Source: an uncultured Christensenellaceae bacterium (GTDB taxonomy: Bacteria; Bacillota; Clostridia; Christensenellales; Borkfalkiaceae). From it: DNA of 64,000 nt. Below the pieces are notes generated by a model. The model saw only the letters and a list, made by a program, of their open reading frames with translations, had not been told where the DNA came from and did no database searches. How positions within the stretch are numbered: position 1 is the stretch's first letter; every line of letters begins with the position of its first letter. The translations under genes were made by a program, and so were the position numbers. The stretch is from positions 34,732 to 98,731 of the forward strand of contig CAJUNJ010000006.1 of NCBI GenBank assembly GCA_910587825.1, given 5' to 3'. Positions 24,752-33,485 of the stretch are shown here, in pieces.

Positions 24752-24959
24752 TTGGGAGCTACCCTAAATTTGGGAGTTATACTCCCAAAAATCGGCTATA
24801 GGGCGTTGTGGAAATTGGGAGTTGCTCCCAAATTGGCATTGAATGACGGACAAAAGTGGTTTTTTGTCCGTCATTCAAAAATTGTGCGATAAAATTTGCA
24901 AAGACAAGGTAAAAAAATACCCCCAAACGATGTAAAATCATTTGGGAGAAATATGGGAG
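24752..24959. promoter_or_regulatory. cluster of seven TTGGGAG / CTCCCAA heptamers (two forming palindromes) next to attR
   Basis: TTGGGAG occurs at 24752, 24769, 24815 and 24942, with ATGGGAG at 24953. CTCCCAA occurs at 24782 and 24825. There is also a separate hairpin, GAATGACGGACAAAA-gtggt-TTTTGTCCGTCATTC, at 24841-24875. Confidence 0.5.
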
Positions 24960-25051
24960 TTAAAAATTGAAAATCATCGAAAGTTGCTTATATTGTGGTT
25001 ATTGTTGTTGAAAAACACTACATATTGTGGTTGTAAAGTTCGTCTTTAAGC

Positions 25052-25158
25052 CTCTGACTCCGTCATTCGTTGGTTCAAATCCAGCTACCCCAGTCAAAAA
25101 GCCTTTTTTTCGTGTGTTTTTAACCGAAATTCACGAAGGAAAGGTCTTTTTTTTATGC
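25052..25158 (+). repeat. attR: right copy of the direct repeat (tRNA-Gln 3' half, no CCA, no 5' half)
   Basis: It matches 9998-10102 except for C>T in the CCA, A>G in GAAGAAAAGG and one extra T. Confidence 0.85.
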
Positions 25159-25217
25159 GGAAATCAGCCGAATTTGCGTGCAACTTGCGTGTATGCCGCT
25201 TCGATTATATAATATAG

Positions 25218-25834
25218 TCAACTTTCTGCGCTTCTTTTAAGATAAACTCCGGCGAAAAATGCGTATATACTTTGCTCGTCTGGGTGTTGTCGGCTGCGTG
25301 ACCCGCCCAGACGGATACGACTTCGCGCGGAACTCCGCATTCCTGCGCCCGCGTGACTCCGCAACAGTATTACGAGAGCTACCGCAAGAAGAACGATGAA
25401 CACGGCAAGAAAGACTGAAAGCACAATCATAGGCGTGTTCTGCGGGATAGACACAATCCATACCGTCGCGCCCGAGTCGTATGCGGCGTCCTTTCGGCAT
25501 AAATTATCGTCACGATTAACCCTGCGAAGGCGGCTAACAGCAGAACGCCCACGGTCAACGGCAGCGCTATATTTCTTTTTGCGCCTTCTACGTTTACGCC
25601 GTCGGGTTGCCGTACGGCGCTGTCGGCTGTAAGTTCGGCATCGGGGTCGAAAAGGTTGTTCGCGTCGATGTTGAAAGCCTTACACAGATTGGAAAGCTGT
25701 ACTGACGACGGTACACTTTTGCCCGATTCCCAACGGGATACGGTCTGGCGCGACACGTCAAGCATTTCCGCAAGTTCCTGTTGCGAAAGCTTGTTTTAGT
25801 CTCTCGGTTTTATCGGTATTTCGCGGATATTCAT
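25218..25834 (-). pseudogene. decayed membrane-anchored XRE-family regulator
   Basis: MNIREIPIKPRD-TAA-NKLSQQELAEMLDVSRQTVSRWESGKSVPS has an in-frame TAA at 25796-25798 inside the HTH lead-in. The TM/C-terminal part is split over overlapping frames (ORFs 25427-25765, 25218-25454, 25237-25500). Confidence 0.65.
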
Positions 25835-25918
25835 TTTGTCACCCCAAAATATTATGCCAAAACGGTTTTGCCGTGTCAATGCTGTTTTTAACCGTCATTA
25901 TTTGTTTATATATAAATT

Positions 25919-26782
25919 ATGAAGCTTTACACAGGACAAAATTTCCCCGACGAGAGGGATTTATACGGTGCGGACGGCGTTAAATTAATAGGTTGTACGT
26001 TCGACGGGGCGGCGGACGGCGAGTCGGCTTTGAAAGAGGCGCGCAACGTAATTCTTGAAAACTGTTATATGAACCTTCGCTATCCGCTGTGGCACAACAA
26101 TGCGGTTGAAATTAAAGGGGTGGAGATGACCGAAAACTGCCGTGCGGCGCTTTGGTATTCGTCGGAAGTTAAAATATCCGAAAGCAAGCTTAACGGCATA
26201 AAAGCCCTGCGCGAGTGCGAGGACGTTACAATAGATAAAAGCCGTATATGTTCGCCCGAATTCGGTTGGAAGAGTTCGGTTATACGTATAACGGACACGG
26301 AGATTTTAAGTCAGTACGCCTTTTTGCTTGCGCGCGACATAAAGCTTGATAAGGTTAAATTTACGGGTAAGTACGCATTTCAGTACGTGCGCAGCGCTGT
26401 AATAGAAAACAGCGTTCTCGACACAAAGGATGCGTTTTGGCACGCGCAGAACGTCACGGTCAAAAACTGTACGGTCAAAGGCGAATATCTGGGCTGGTAT
26501 TCGGAAAATATGACTTTTATAAACTGTGAAATAATTGGCACGCAACCGCTGTGCTATTGCAAAAATTTGAAACTTGTGAACTGCACGATGCGCGACACCG
26601 ATTTGTCTTTCGAATATTCGGACGTAGACGCGCATATTTACGGAAGTATTCTTTCCGTAAAAAATCCCCGTTCCGGCAAAATAAACGCCGACGGCATAGG
26701 AGAGGTTATTCTCACCGAAGACAGCAAATACCCTTGTAACTGCAAAATTACGATAGGCGCGCAACACAGCAAGGGTGCGTAA
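25919..26782 (+). CDS. DUF3737-like right-handed beta-helix protein
   Basis: KYAFQYV, GEYLGWYSENM, GTQPLCYCKNL and VKNPRSGKINADGIG match my recollection of DUF3737 family proteins from Firmicutes. Confidence 0.65.
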   Translation: MKLYTGQNFPDERDLYGADGVKLIGCTFDGAADGESALKEARNVILENCYMNLRYPLWHNNAVEIKGVEMTENCRAALWYSSEVKISESKLNGIKALRECEDVTIDKSRICSPEFGWKSSVIRITDTEILSQYAFLLARDIKLDKVKFTGKYAFQYVRSAVIENSVLDTKDAFWHAQNVTVKNCTVKGEYLGWYSENMTFINCEIIGTQPLCYCKNLKLVNCTMRDTDLSFEYSDVDAHIYGSILSVKNPRSGKINADGIGEVILTEDSKYPCNCKITIGAQHSKGA

Positions 26783-26966
26783 ACATTACTTACGGCACAT
26801 TATGCGCCCGCGAACACAGTTCGCGGGCGCAGATTTTTTTAAGTTATTTTGTTGCGTAAGTTGTACGCATATATACAAAATTATTAATGTGCATATTACA
26901 GCCCTATTTTATTTAACTTTTATACGCGCGGGTGATATAATTGTATTGTTTTTTTCGGTATAGGGT

Positions 26967-28334
26967 ATGGAAGGAGTAAAGGCGAAAAATAAAACGGATA
27001 TGCTTCACGGTCCGTTGTTCAAAAAAATATTATTGTTTTCGTTGCCGATAGCGTTCAGCGGTATTTTACAGCAGTTATTCAATTCCGCGGACGTGGCGGT
27101 TATAGGCTGGTTCGAAGACAGCAACGCACAGGCGGCGGTAAACAGCAACGGCCCGCTTGTCAACCTGCTTATAAATTTGTTTACCGGGCTTTCGGTAGGG
27201 GTTACGGTCGTCATTGCGGAGTACATAGGCAAGGATGAGACCGACGATATACACAGCGTAGTGCTTACGGCAATGCTTATTGCGCTTGTAAGCGGGGTTT
27301 TCCTGCTGGGCGTCGGTATGCTTGTCGCCGAACCGGTACTTGCGCTTATGCAGACTCCGCAATCCGTAATGGGTCTGGCGGCGCAATATCTGCGTATATA
27401 TTTTGCTGGAATGCCCTTCGTTATGCTTTATAACTTCGGTTCTGCGGTGTTGAGAAGCATAGGCGACACGCGCACGCCGTTGATTGCGCTTTTACTTGCG
27501 GGCGTGCTTAACGTCGGGCTTAATCTTTTGTTCGTCGCCGTATTTAAAATGAGCGTTGCGGGCGTTGCGACGGCAACCGTAATAGCGGATGCGTTAAGTA
27601 CGGTTATAGTAATTATATTCATAATGAGAAACCCGTTGCTGCGCATTAAGTTCGGCAAATCGAAGGTGCGTGCGGTATATCTTAAAAACGTCTTCAAAAT
27701 AGGAATACCCGCAGGGTTGCAGGGCGTAGTGTTCTCTCTTTCCAACGTGTGCATTCAGACGGCGATTAACGGCTTCGGCGATAAGGCGATGGCAGGCAAC
27801 GGCGACGCGCTTTATTTCGAAGTTTATATCTATTATTTCGTAAGCGCGTTTGCTTCTGCCGCGGTAACGTTTGCGGGGCAGAATTACGCCGCAGGCGAGT
27901 ACGAAAGATGTAAAAAGGTTTTCAGGATAACTATGCTTTCGGCGCTTGCCGTGTCTACGGTGTTGTCGGTTTGTTTTGCGCTCGGAGGGCGGCTGTTCAT
28001 AAGAATTTATACTTCCGACCCCGAAGCCATAGAATTTGCAATGCTTAGGTTAAGGTACGTCCTGCTGTTTGAAATGCTGACCTGCTTCTACGAAATTGCA
28101 GGCGGGGTGTTGCGGGGAATAGGCAATTCGCTTCTCCCCGCGGTGATGACCCTTATAGGTTCCTGCGGACTGAGATTGGTGTGGGTATATACTGTGTTCA
28201 GACTGTTTTCAACCGACTTCCGTATGCTTATTATCATATATCCTATCACCTGGTTGGTAACGGGCGTTGCCGTCCTTATTTCGTATTTTGTTATCACTAA
28301 AAAGAAATATAAAAGACATATTACGGCGGAGTAA
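26967..28334 (+). CDS. MATE-family efflux transporter
   Basis: The 455-aa protein has about 12 TMs. The N-terminal LLFSLPIAFSGILQQLFNSADVAVIG is typical of MATE/NorM-like proteins. Confidence 0.85.
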   Translation: MEGVKAKNKTDMLHGPLFKKILLFSLPIAFSGILQQLFNSADVAVIGWFEDSNAQAAVNSNGPLVNLLINLFTGLSVGVTVVIAEYIGKDETDDIHSVVLTAMLIALVSGVFLLGVGMLVAEPVLALMQTPQSVMGLAAQYLRIYFAGMPFVMLYNFGSAVLRSIGDTRTPLIALLLAGVLNVGLNLLFVAVFKMSVAGVATATVIADALSTVIVIIFIMRNPLLRIKFGKSKVRAVYLKNVFKIGIPAGLQGVVFSLSNVCIQTAINGFGDKAMAGNGDALYFEVYIYYFVSAFASAAVTFAGQNYAAGEYERCKKVFRITMLSALAVSTVLSVCFALGGRLFIRIYTSDPEAIEFAMLRLRYVLLFEMLTCFYEIAGGVLRGIGNSLLPAVMTLIGSCGLRLVWVYTVFRLFSTDFRMLIIIYPITWLVTGVAVLISYFVITKKKYKRHITAE

Positions 28335-28350
28335 ATTTACGGAGAATTAA

Positions 28351-29211
28351 ATGGAATATCTTGCAATTATAGTTATAACCTTTATTTCGGGCGTATGCGG
28401 CACGGGCATAGGCGGGGGAGTAGGCGCGGTTCTCAGACGCGATTCCGGTAAAGCCGTAAGCCTTTTGCTGTCATTTGCGGCGGGCATAATGCTTGCCGTC
28501 GTCTGCTTCGATTTGATGAGCGAACCTATCGGAATGATGAATGCGGGCACACTGCCGTCTTATACCCCCGTAATAGTGGTTGCGGCTGTTGCCGTGGGGT
28601 ACGCCGTGGTCTATCTTCTGAACTTTGTAATAGACAGACATACTAACCGTGAAGTAAAACATATCGACCGCGACCACCCCGCAACCGCGGACGATCTGGA
28701 CGAGCTTATTCACGCAGACCATTACGCCACCCATAAAAATTCAAAAACCAATTTGTTTATTGCCGGACTTGTTATGATGTCCGCGATAGCGTTGCACAAT
28801 TTGCCCGAAGGTATGGTAATAGGCGCTTCTTATGCTTCCGTAGAAAATATTACTTCTAATTTGTTTTCGGGCAGCGGGTTCATTATGGCAATAGTAATAG
28901 GTCTGCACAACATACCGGAAGGTATGGCTGTCGCCGTTCCGCTTATTTCGGGCGGTATGGGCAAAGCAAAGGCTGTGGGGCTTACAGCGTTAAGCGGACT
29001 GCCGACGGTATTGGGCGCTTTGATAGGCTATGCTCTCGGCGGAATAAACAGCATAATGCTTGTTCTGTCGCTCGGTTTTGCAAGCGGAGCAATGCTGTAC
29101 GTCGTATTCGGCGAACTTCTGCCCGAATCTATCCTGATGTGGAAGAGCAAACTGCCCGCGCTTGCCGTATTTATCGGCGTTCTCGTCGGCTTTCTGCTTG
29201 TAATGTTTTAA
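28351..29211 (+). CDS. ZIP-family divalent metal (zinc) transporter
   Basis: It has paired HNLPEGMVIG and LHNIPEGMAVAVPL motifs, a His-rich loop and about 8 TMs. Confidence 0.85.
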   Translation: MEYLAIIVITFISGVCGTGIGGGVGAVLRRDSGKAVSLLLSFAAGIMLAVVCFDLMSEPIGMMNAGTLPSYTPVIVVAAVAVGYAVVYLLNFVIDRHTNREVKHIDRDHPATADDLDELIHADHYATHKNSKTNLFIAGLVMMSAIALHNLPEGMVIGASYASVENITSNLFSGSGFIMAIVIGLHNIPEGMAVAVPLISGGMGKAKAVGLTALSGLPTVLGALIGYALGGINSIMLVLSLGFASGAMLYVVFGELLPESILMWKSKLPALAVFIGVLVGFLLVMF

Positions 29212-29343
29212 GGCAATTAATAACCGCCTGTAAGGGTGTATTTAATAGTGATAAAAAGCAAGGAGAATTATTGCCTTGCTTTTTTGCTGTGAATTTGCTA
29301 TAATGATACTGCAATAGGCAGTAATTAAGTATAGTATTGTGTT

Positions 29344-30474
29344 ATGGATAAATATTCCGGAAAAATTTTATACGAATACAGCGACTCGAAGCACGCTCTC
29401 GATATGACGAAAAGCGAAAGACGCAGGTATATCAAATCGTTTACGGCTGTATGGATTATGATTTGCGTTTTGCTGTTGACCGCTTGGTGTATTGTAAATT
29501 GTGTGCTCGACGTGCGGCTTTACGGCAGTTCTGCGGTAAAAAGTTATGTCTTTATGTTTATAGTGCTCGGCGTTATCATATTGATAACGGTGCTGACCGT
29601 TTTCGGACTGTGGGGCATATTTATGCGCAAAGTAAGTAAAAGTTACCGTCCGCGCGAAATAGAGTCGCGCCGAAGAATGGAAGAATTGCAAAGCGAGTTC
29701 CGGGCAATCGATGCGCATAAAAGCTGCGAAAACTCTTTGACGATTTACGGCGACCGCATTGTAATTAAAACAAAATGTGTAGACCGCGTTATAGACAGAA
29801 GCGAGCTTTCCGGTTGTTCTATGATAAATTCAAATGCGGGTCTTTATCTTGTGTTTTGCATAAGAAATAATAACGAAAAGATACCCGTTGGATGTTTGCT
29901 TCCGCGCGCGGACGCTTATTTGCTGAAAAAATATTTGGGCGATGAATTGGAGGAGATTAAAGTACCGAAAATCAGACGCCGCACGAAAACCGGAGAGGCG
30001 GATGAAGTTGCGGGACGTAATAAAAGAAGCGATGCAAAGATTGGGAAAAGGAAGTCCGATGATACGGAAAAACCGCCAATCGAAAAGGGCGCGCTTTTTG
30101 CGGGCGCGGCTTGTATCGTCGTCGGCATAGCGATAACGCTTTTGGGATATTTTGACGTTATGGGCGGTATGCCCGCCATAGTGGGAGGCTTCCCGATAGG
30201 CTTGGGTATGCTTTTCATAGTTCTCGCTTTTTACAGATTTGAAATTGTTAACGTCTTTGTAATTAAGGTTGCGGTAGCGGCGATGTTCATTTTTATGGGC
30301 ATAATGTTTCTTATAGTCATAGAGGAAGGTGTAACAAAAGCGCCCGTAACGTTTGCATCGCTTTTACGTCATCCGACTGATTATGCTTTGGCGTGTCTGT
30401 TCTTCGTTTCCGTCGGCATATCCTTTATTCCTAACGCAATAAAATCGCTTGTTGAATATATCAAATACAGATAA
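29344..30474 (+). CDS. polytopic membrane protein, unknown function
   Basis: The 376-aa protein has two N-terminal TMs, a soluble middle domain, a charged linker and about 5 C-terminal TMs. Confidence 0.5.
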   Translation: MDKYSGKILYEYSDSKHALDMTKSERRRYIKSFTAVWIMICVLLLTAWCIVNCVLDVRLYGSSAVKSYVFMFIVLGVIILITVLTVFGLWGIFMRKVSKSYRPREIESRRRMEELQSEFRAIDAHKSCENSLTIYGDRIVIKTKCVDRVIDRSELSGCSMINSNAGLYLVFCIRNNNEKIPVGCLLPRADAYLLKKYLGDELEEIKVPKIRRRTKTGEADEVAGRNKRSDAKIGKRKSDDTEKPPIEKGALFAGAACIVVGIAITLLGYFDVMGGMPAIVGGFPIGLGMLFIVLAFYRFEIVNVFVIKVAVAAMFIFMGIMFLIVIEEGVTKAPVTFASLLRHPTDYALACLFFVSVGISFIPNAIKSLVEYIKYR

Positions 30475-30620
30475 GTGTTAGTGTTTATATCTATGGATAA
30501 ATTTCGGTTTATCGTTTTAACACGAAAAGTATAGCCCGCTAACTTCGAAAGCGAAGTGTAGCGGGCTGTTTAATTGTCCACGGAATAAATCTTTCAGAAA
30601 AACACTTTTGGTGCGGTTTT

Positions 30621-31526
30621 CTATTTTTCAACGGAAATCAGATTTTGCATCCATATATTAATTGCTTTTTCGTAAACGGAGTCGGTTATAATCTTTAATG
30701 CCGTAAATATCGCAACGGCGACGCCTGAGGCTATCAGCCAAGAATATTGCAGTTTGAATTGTGTTGCGTTTACGGTATTTGCAAGATAAAGTTTTATATT
30801 TACCGATGCAAAGACGATAAACAGGACGACGGCTGTAAAGACGGTTGCGCACTCTGTTATTTTCAGCGCATAATAACTTGTTTTGCGGTTTGGATATTTC
30901 GCACAGAAAACCGCAAGCGCATATTCCTGTAAACGTATAAAAAGCGTTTGGTCCGACGCGCCTTTTTCAGCCAATGCGGCGACTACGCATTCTCCGTCGA
31001 GATTATCAAGTAAAATTCTTTTGTAAAACCTGTTTGCAAAAATGGCAGTTTTGAAGTTGTTAACGGAAACAACCGCAAAAACTAAAATTGAAGCGGATGC
31101 CGTCAAAGCAAGCGAAGTTTTATAAACGCTGTCCGACTTCAAAATAAGGTCGGCTTTTTTTGCCAAGTCGGCAATGCTTGTTCCGTTATTTACACTGTCC
31201 CAATCGTTTTTCCAGAATACGAAGCAGTTGAGTACTGCAAACAAGATAAGAGCAAAGGCTATAATTTGCGCTGCAACGGTTAATATTTTAAAAACTTTTT
31301 CCGCGCCTTCGTCTACTGTAAGATAAGCTTTATATTTTGTTTGCAGTGTTTCTTCGTTACGGCTATGTAAACTAAATATTTTACCGCAGCTCGGACAGCA
31401 ATCGGTTTGACCTATATATGTATAACCGCATTCCGGACAGTTTGAAATTTTAACGCCGCAGTGTGGGCATACTGATGCTTTTGACGAAATTTCATTGCCG
31501 CATTCGGGACAGTTTACCAAAGCCAT
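30621..31526 (-). CDS. double zinc-ribbon membrane protein
   Basis: It starts with CPECGNEISSKASVCPHCG followed by CPECGY...CCPSCG, then several TMs. Confidence 0.6.
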   Translation of the reverse strand: MALVNCPECGNEISSKASVCPHCGVKISNCPECGYTYIGQTDCCPSCGKIFSLHSRNEETLQTKYKAYLTVDEGAEKVFKILTVAAQIIAFALILFAVLNCFVFWKNDWDSVNNGTSIADLAKKADLILKSDSVYKTSLALTASASILVFAVVSVNNFKTAIFANRFYKRILLDNLDGECVVAALAEKGASDQTLFIRLQEYALAVFCAKYPNRKTSYYALKITECATVFTAVVLFIVFASVNIKLYLANTVNATQFKLQYSWLIASGVAVAIFTALKIITDSVYEKAINIWMQNLISVEK

Positions 31527-31527
31527 A

Positions 31528-32076
31528 TTATTTTCCTTTTTCCTTTCTGCTGTTTTCCTCAGCTATCAGACGGTTGTATATGATTTGCTGTTTTATTGTA
31601 AGCTCAATAGGAAATTGCAGTTGCTTACTCTCATTCAGCCAGTTTGCAAGTCTTATATCGTGAAGAAGGGTACGCTTGTTAAGTATAGGCGTTCTTATTT
31701 TTACAACTATCACTAAAATCAGAGAAATAAGTAAAAATACGGCAAAAACGATAAGCGACAAAATGTTGAATGCTTTTGTAAAATACAGTATTATGAACAA
31801 AACCGTTAAAATGCAAATAAAAACGGTAACGGCGTAGTATAAAATATTGTGTCTTTTAACTTTGTCCATATGCTTTTTTTCGGCAGGGAAAGCCGAATAA
31901 AACTCTTTGCGCAGGGTTTGTTGTTCGTTTTCGGGCAGCTTGAAAAAATTTGTTTGCCTGTTTGTTATCTCTTTGTTTGCGGTAAAATCATATCCGCATT
32001 TAGGACAGCGGTTTGCGCTGTCGCTAACCTTGTTTCCGCAGCACGGGCAATCTGTCAAAGCCATAATTTCTCCCAT
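31528..32076 (-). CDS. zinc-ribbon membrane protein
   Basis: It has CPCCGNKVSDSANRCPKCG followed by two TMs. Its stop abuts the start of the next gene. Confidence 0.6.
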   Translation of the reverse strand: MGEIMALTDCPCCGNKVSDSANRCPKCGYDFTANKEITNRQTNFFKLPENEQQTLRKEFYSAFPAEKKHMDKVKRHNILYYAVTVFICILTVLFIILYFTKAFNILSLIVFAVFLLISLILVIVVKIRTPILNKRTLLHDIRLANWLNESKQLQFPIELTIKQQIIYNRLIAEENSRKEKGK

Positions 32077-32079
32077 ATA

Positions 32080-32150
32080 TAGAATATTCTATTTTGACTC
32101 ATAATAACATAGAAAATTCTATATGTCAAGAAAATTTATAGAATTTTCTA
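32080..32150. promoter_or_regulatory. three spaced 12-bp palindromic operator candidates TAGAA-N2-TTCTA
   Basis: TAGAATATTCTA (32080-32091), TAGAAAATTCTA (32110-32121) and TAGAATTTTCTA (32139-32150) have centres 30 and 29 bp apart. They lie in the divergent intergenic region between the zinc-ribbon genes and the XRE gene. Confidence 0.6.
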
Positions 32151-32163
32151 TAAACTGTTGAAT

Positions 32164-32373
32164 ATGGAAATAGCGTTTAAAGATATATTGGAAGAATTTT
32201 TAATAAACAACGGTTTGACGCAGAAAGCGTTTGCAGACAAAATAGACGTAAAGCAAAGCCAGGTAAGCGAATGGCTTAAAGGCAAGGCAAAACCGGGATA
32301 TGATATATTAAGGCGTATGGCGCTGGCGTTTAATATTTCCGCAGATTATTTTCTCGGCATAAAAGACGATTGA
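32164..32373 (+). CDS. XRE-family helix-turn-helix regulator
   Basis: LTQKAFADKIDVKQSQVSEWLKGKAKP is an HTH_3 signature. The ATG at 32164 is preferred over the TTG at 32158. Confidence 0.8.
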   Translation: MEIAFKDILEEFLINNGLTQKAFADKIDVKQSQVSEWLKGKAKPGYDILRRMALAFNISADYFLGIKDD

Positions 32374-32376
32374 CAC

Positions 32377-32419
32377 TTAAATAACGGGTGAGGATAGTTT
32401 GTCCTAACCCGTTATTTAA
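32377..32419 (+). terminator. long hairpin after the XRE gene
   Basis: TTAAATAACGGGT...ACCCGTTATTTAA with inner AGGA/TCCT pairs. There is no clear T-run. Confidence 0.45.
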
Positions 32420-32830
32420 ATGTCAATAATAAACCGCTACCTGGAACGTAAATCTTATTTACGAACTGGGACAAAGCGTTGGCGAAGAAGGACTTTGGGG
32501 CAATGCGAGTGGCGACGGAACGCCTTACAGCGGTTGGTACGCGTCCGTGGGACTGTTTATCTGGGGCGGCTTTACCGTCCGCGGTACGCTTAAAAGGACA
32601 AGGGCGCAGGAGGATATAACTTCCTCAGTACCCGACGCAAAAACAGAATAATAAAGGGCGGAGCGCCGTGGGACGCTCCGCAGTTTATTTTTAATAACCT
32701 ATGGATTATATTTCTGGAACGACATAATACATAATCAGCGGTTGCTGTCAAGTCGGCGGTAGAGTCCGCCGACCTGCGCAAACAAAGTTTGCTTGCCTCC
32801 CCTCAAATTCCTCATCCGCTTGCAAATAAT

Positions 32831-32861
32831 AAATAGCGTAACAACAGTCGTTACGCTATTT
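32831..32861 (-). terminator. hairpin downstream of tRNA-Ser
   Basis: AAATAGCGTAAC-aacagtc-GTTACGCTATTT lies immediately 3' of the tRNA on the minus strand. Confidence 0.6.
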
Positions 32862-32862
32862 A

Positions 32863-32953
32863 TGGCGGAGTGGGAGGGATTTGAACCCTCGCCACCTTTA
32901 ACAGTGCTAAGCCCTTAGCAGGGGCTCCCCTTGAGCCACTTGGGTACCACTCC
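32863..32953 (-). tRNA. tRNA-Ser (anticodon GCU), long variable arm, CCA encoded
   Basis: The reverse complement is GGAGTGG TA CCCAAGTGGCTCAAGGGG AGCCC-CTGCTAA-GGGCT, then variable arm TAGCACTGTTAAAGGTGGC, GAGGG-TTCAAAT-CCCTC, CCACTCC G CCA. Total length is 91 nt. Confidence 0.9.
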
Positions 32954-33338
32954 GTGTCAAGTTAAAATAAATATAAAATCGACTGTCTTAATATATCATA
33001 AATTTATTGCTTTGTCAAAGCATTATTTCAAACATTTTCAAAAATTATTAATTTAAATTATCCGACGGCAAACTTAACGTTTAAACGATTTAAGCTGAAA
33101 ATACATTTATGCGCATAAAATGTATAATTAATTATTTACGGCAGAAAAAACAGTTTAATTTTAAAGCGTATTTAAATCGTTTTAAAAACACAAAATAGGT
33201 AAAATAATGTAATTTTCAGATTAAGCGGTAAGCGTATTTATAACGCCCATTATATATATGGTATAGTAATATATAAATGCAGCTTATTTTTGTGCTTTAA
33301 ACTATTATATATTTTCACTTAAAAGCCGTATAAATTAC

Positions 33339-33367
33339 TTGAATTTTTATTCGGTGTATTGTATAAT
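33339..33367 (+). promoter_or_regulatory. SigA-type promoter ahead of the surface-protein/ABC block
   Basis: TTGAAT, a 17-nt spacer and TATAAT (33362-33367) lie at the end of a ~500-nt AT-rich intergenic region. Confidence 0.55.
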
Positions 33368-33485
33368 GGACAAGGATATGATTATGCCGTTTTGCCGTCC
33401 GACGGCGGTTTAAGTATGTTTTTTGACACCGTCAAGCGTCAGGGCGAGCAGTTAAGCTTAATAAATTTTATTTTCGGAGAACCAA

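Larger units (their letters stand above)
9998..25158. mobile_element. ~15-kb integrated genomic (defence) island in the 3' end of tRNA-Gln
   Basis: The island has flanking direct repeats and a tyrosine integrase next to the intact tRNA. Its content is visibly more AT-rich than the flanks. It carries phage/plasmid debris, Fic and a decorated type I R-M operon. Confidence 0.8.

Noticed and set aside
9998-25158. An intact prophage or phage-inducible chromosomal island.
   Set aside because: Only a terminase fragment and two small phage-type ORFs are present. There are no capsid, tail, lysis, primase/replication or small-terminase genes. It is better described as an integrative island with phage debris.
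25027-25212. ORF 25027-25212, and the possibility of a second tRNA-Gln gene.
   Set aside because: The sequence is only the 3' 45 nt of the tRNA (no acceptor 5' strand or D arm, and the CCA is mutated) plus the duplicated downstream flank. It is attR, not a gene.
25796-25798. The in-frame TAA inside an otherwise typical XRE gene could hint at stop-codon reassignment.
   Set aside because: TAA terminates many clearly complete genes in this window (hsdR, hsdS, the rhs gene, the MATE transporter and others). The same gene also carries frameshifts further on. Pseudogenisation is the simple explanation.
32440-32650. An open frame with no start codon, reading ...GNASGDGTPYSGWYASVGLFIWGGFTVRGTLKRTRAQEDITSSVPDAKTE, followed by a hairpin at 32655-32682. 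It looks like the TM-anchor end of a surface protein.
   Set aside because: Only ~70 codons are present, with no initiation codon, no RBS and no upstream part. It may be a gene remnant, but support is too weak to annotate.
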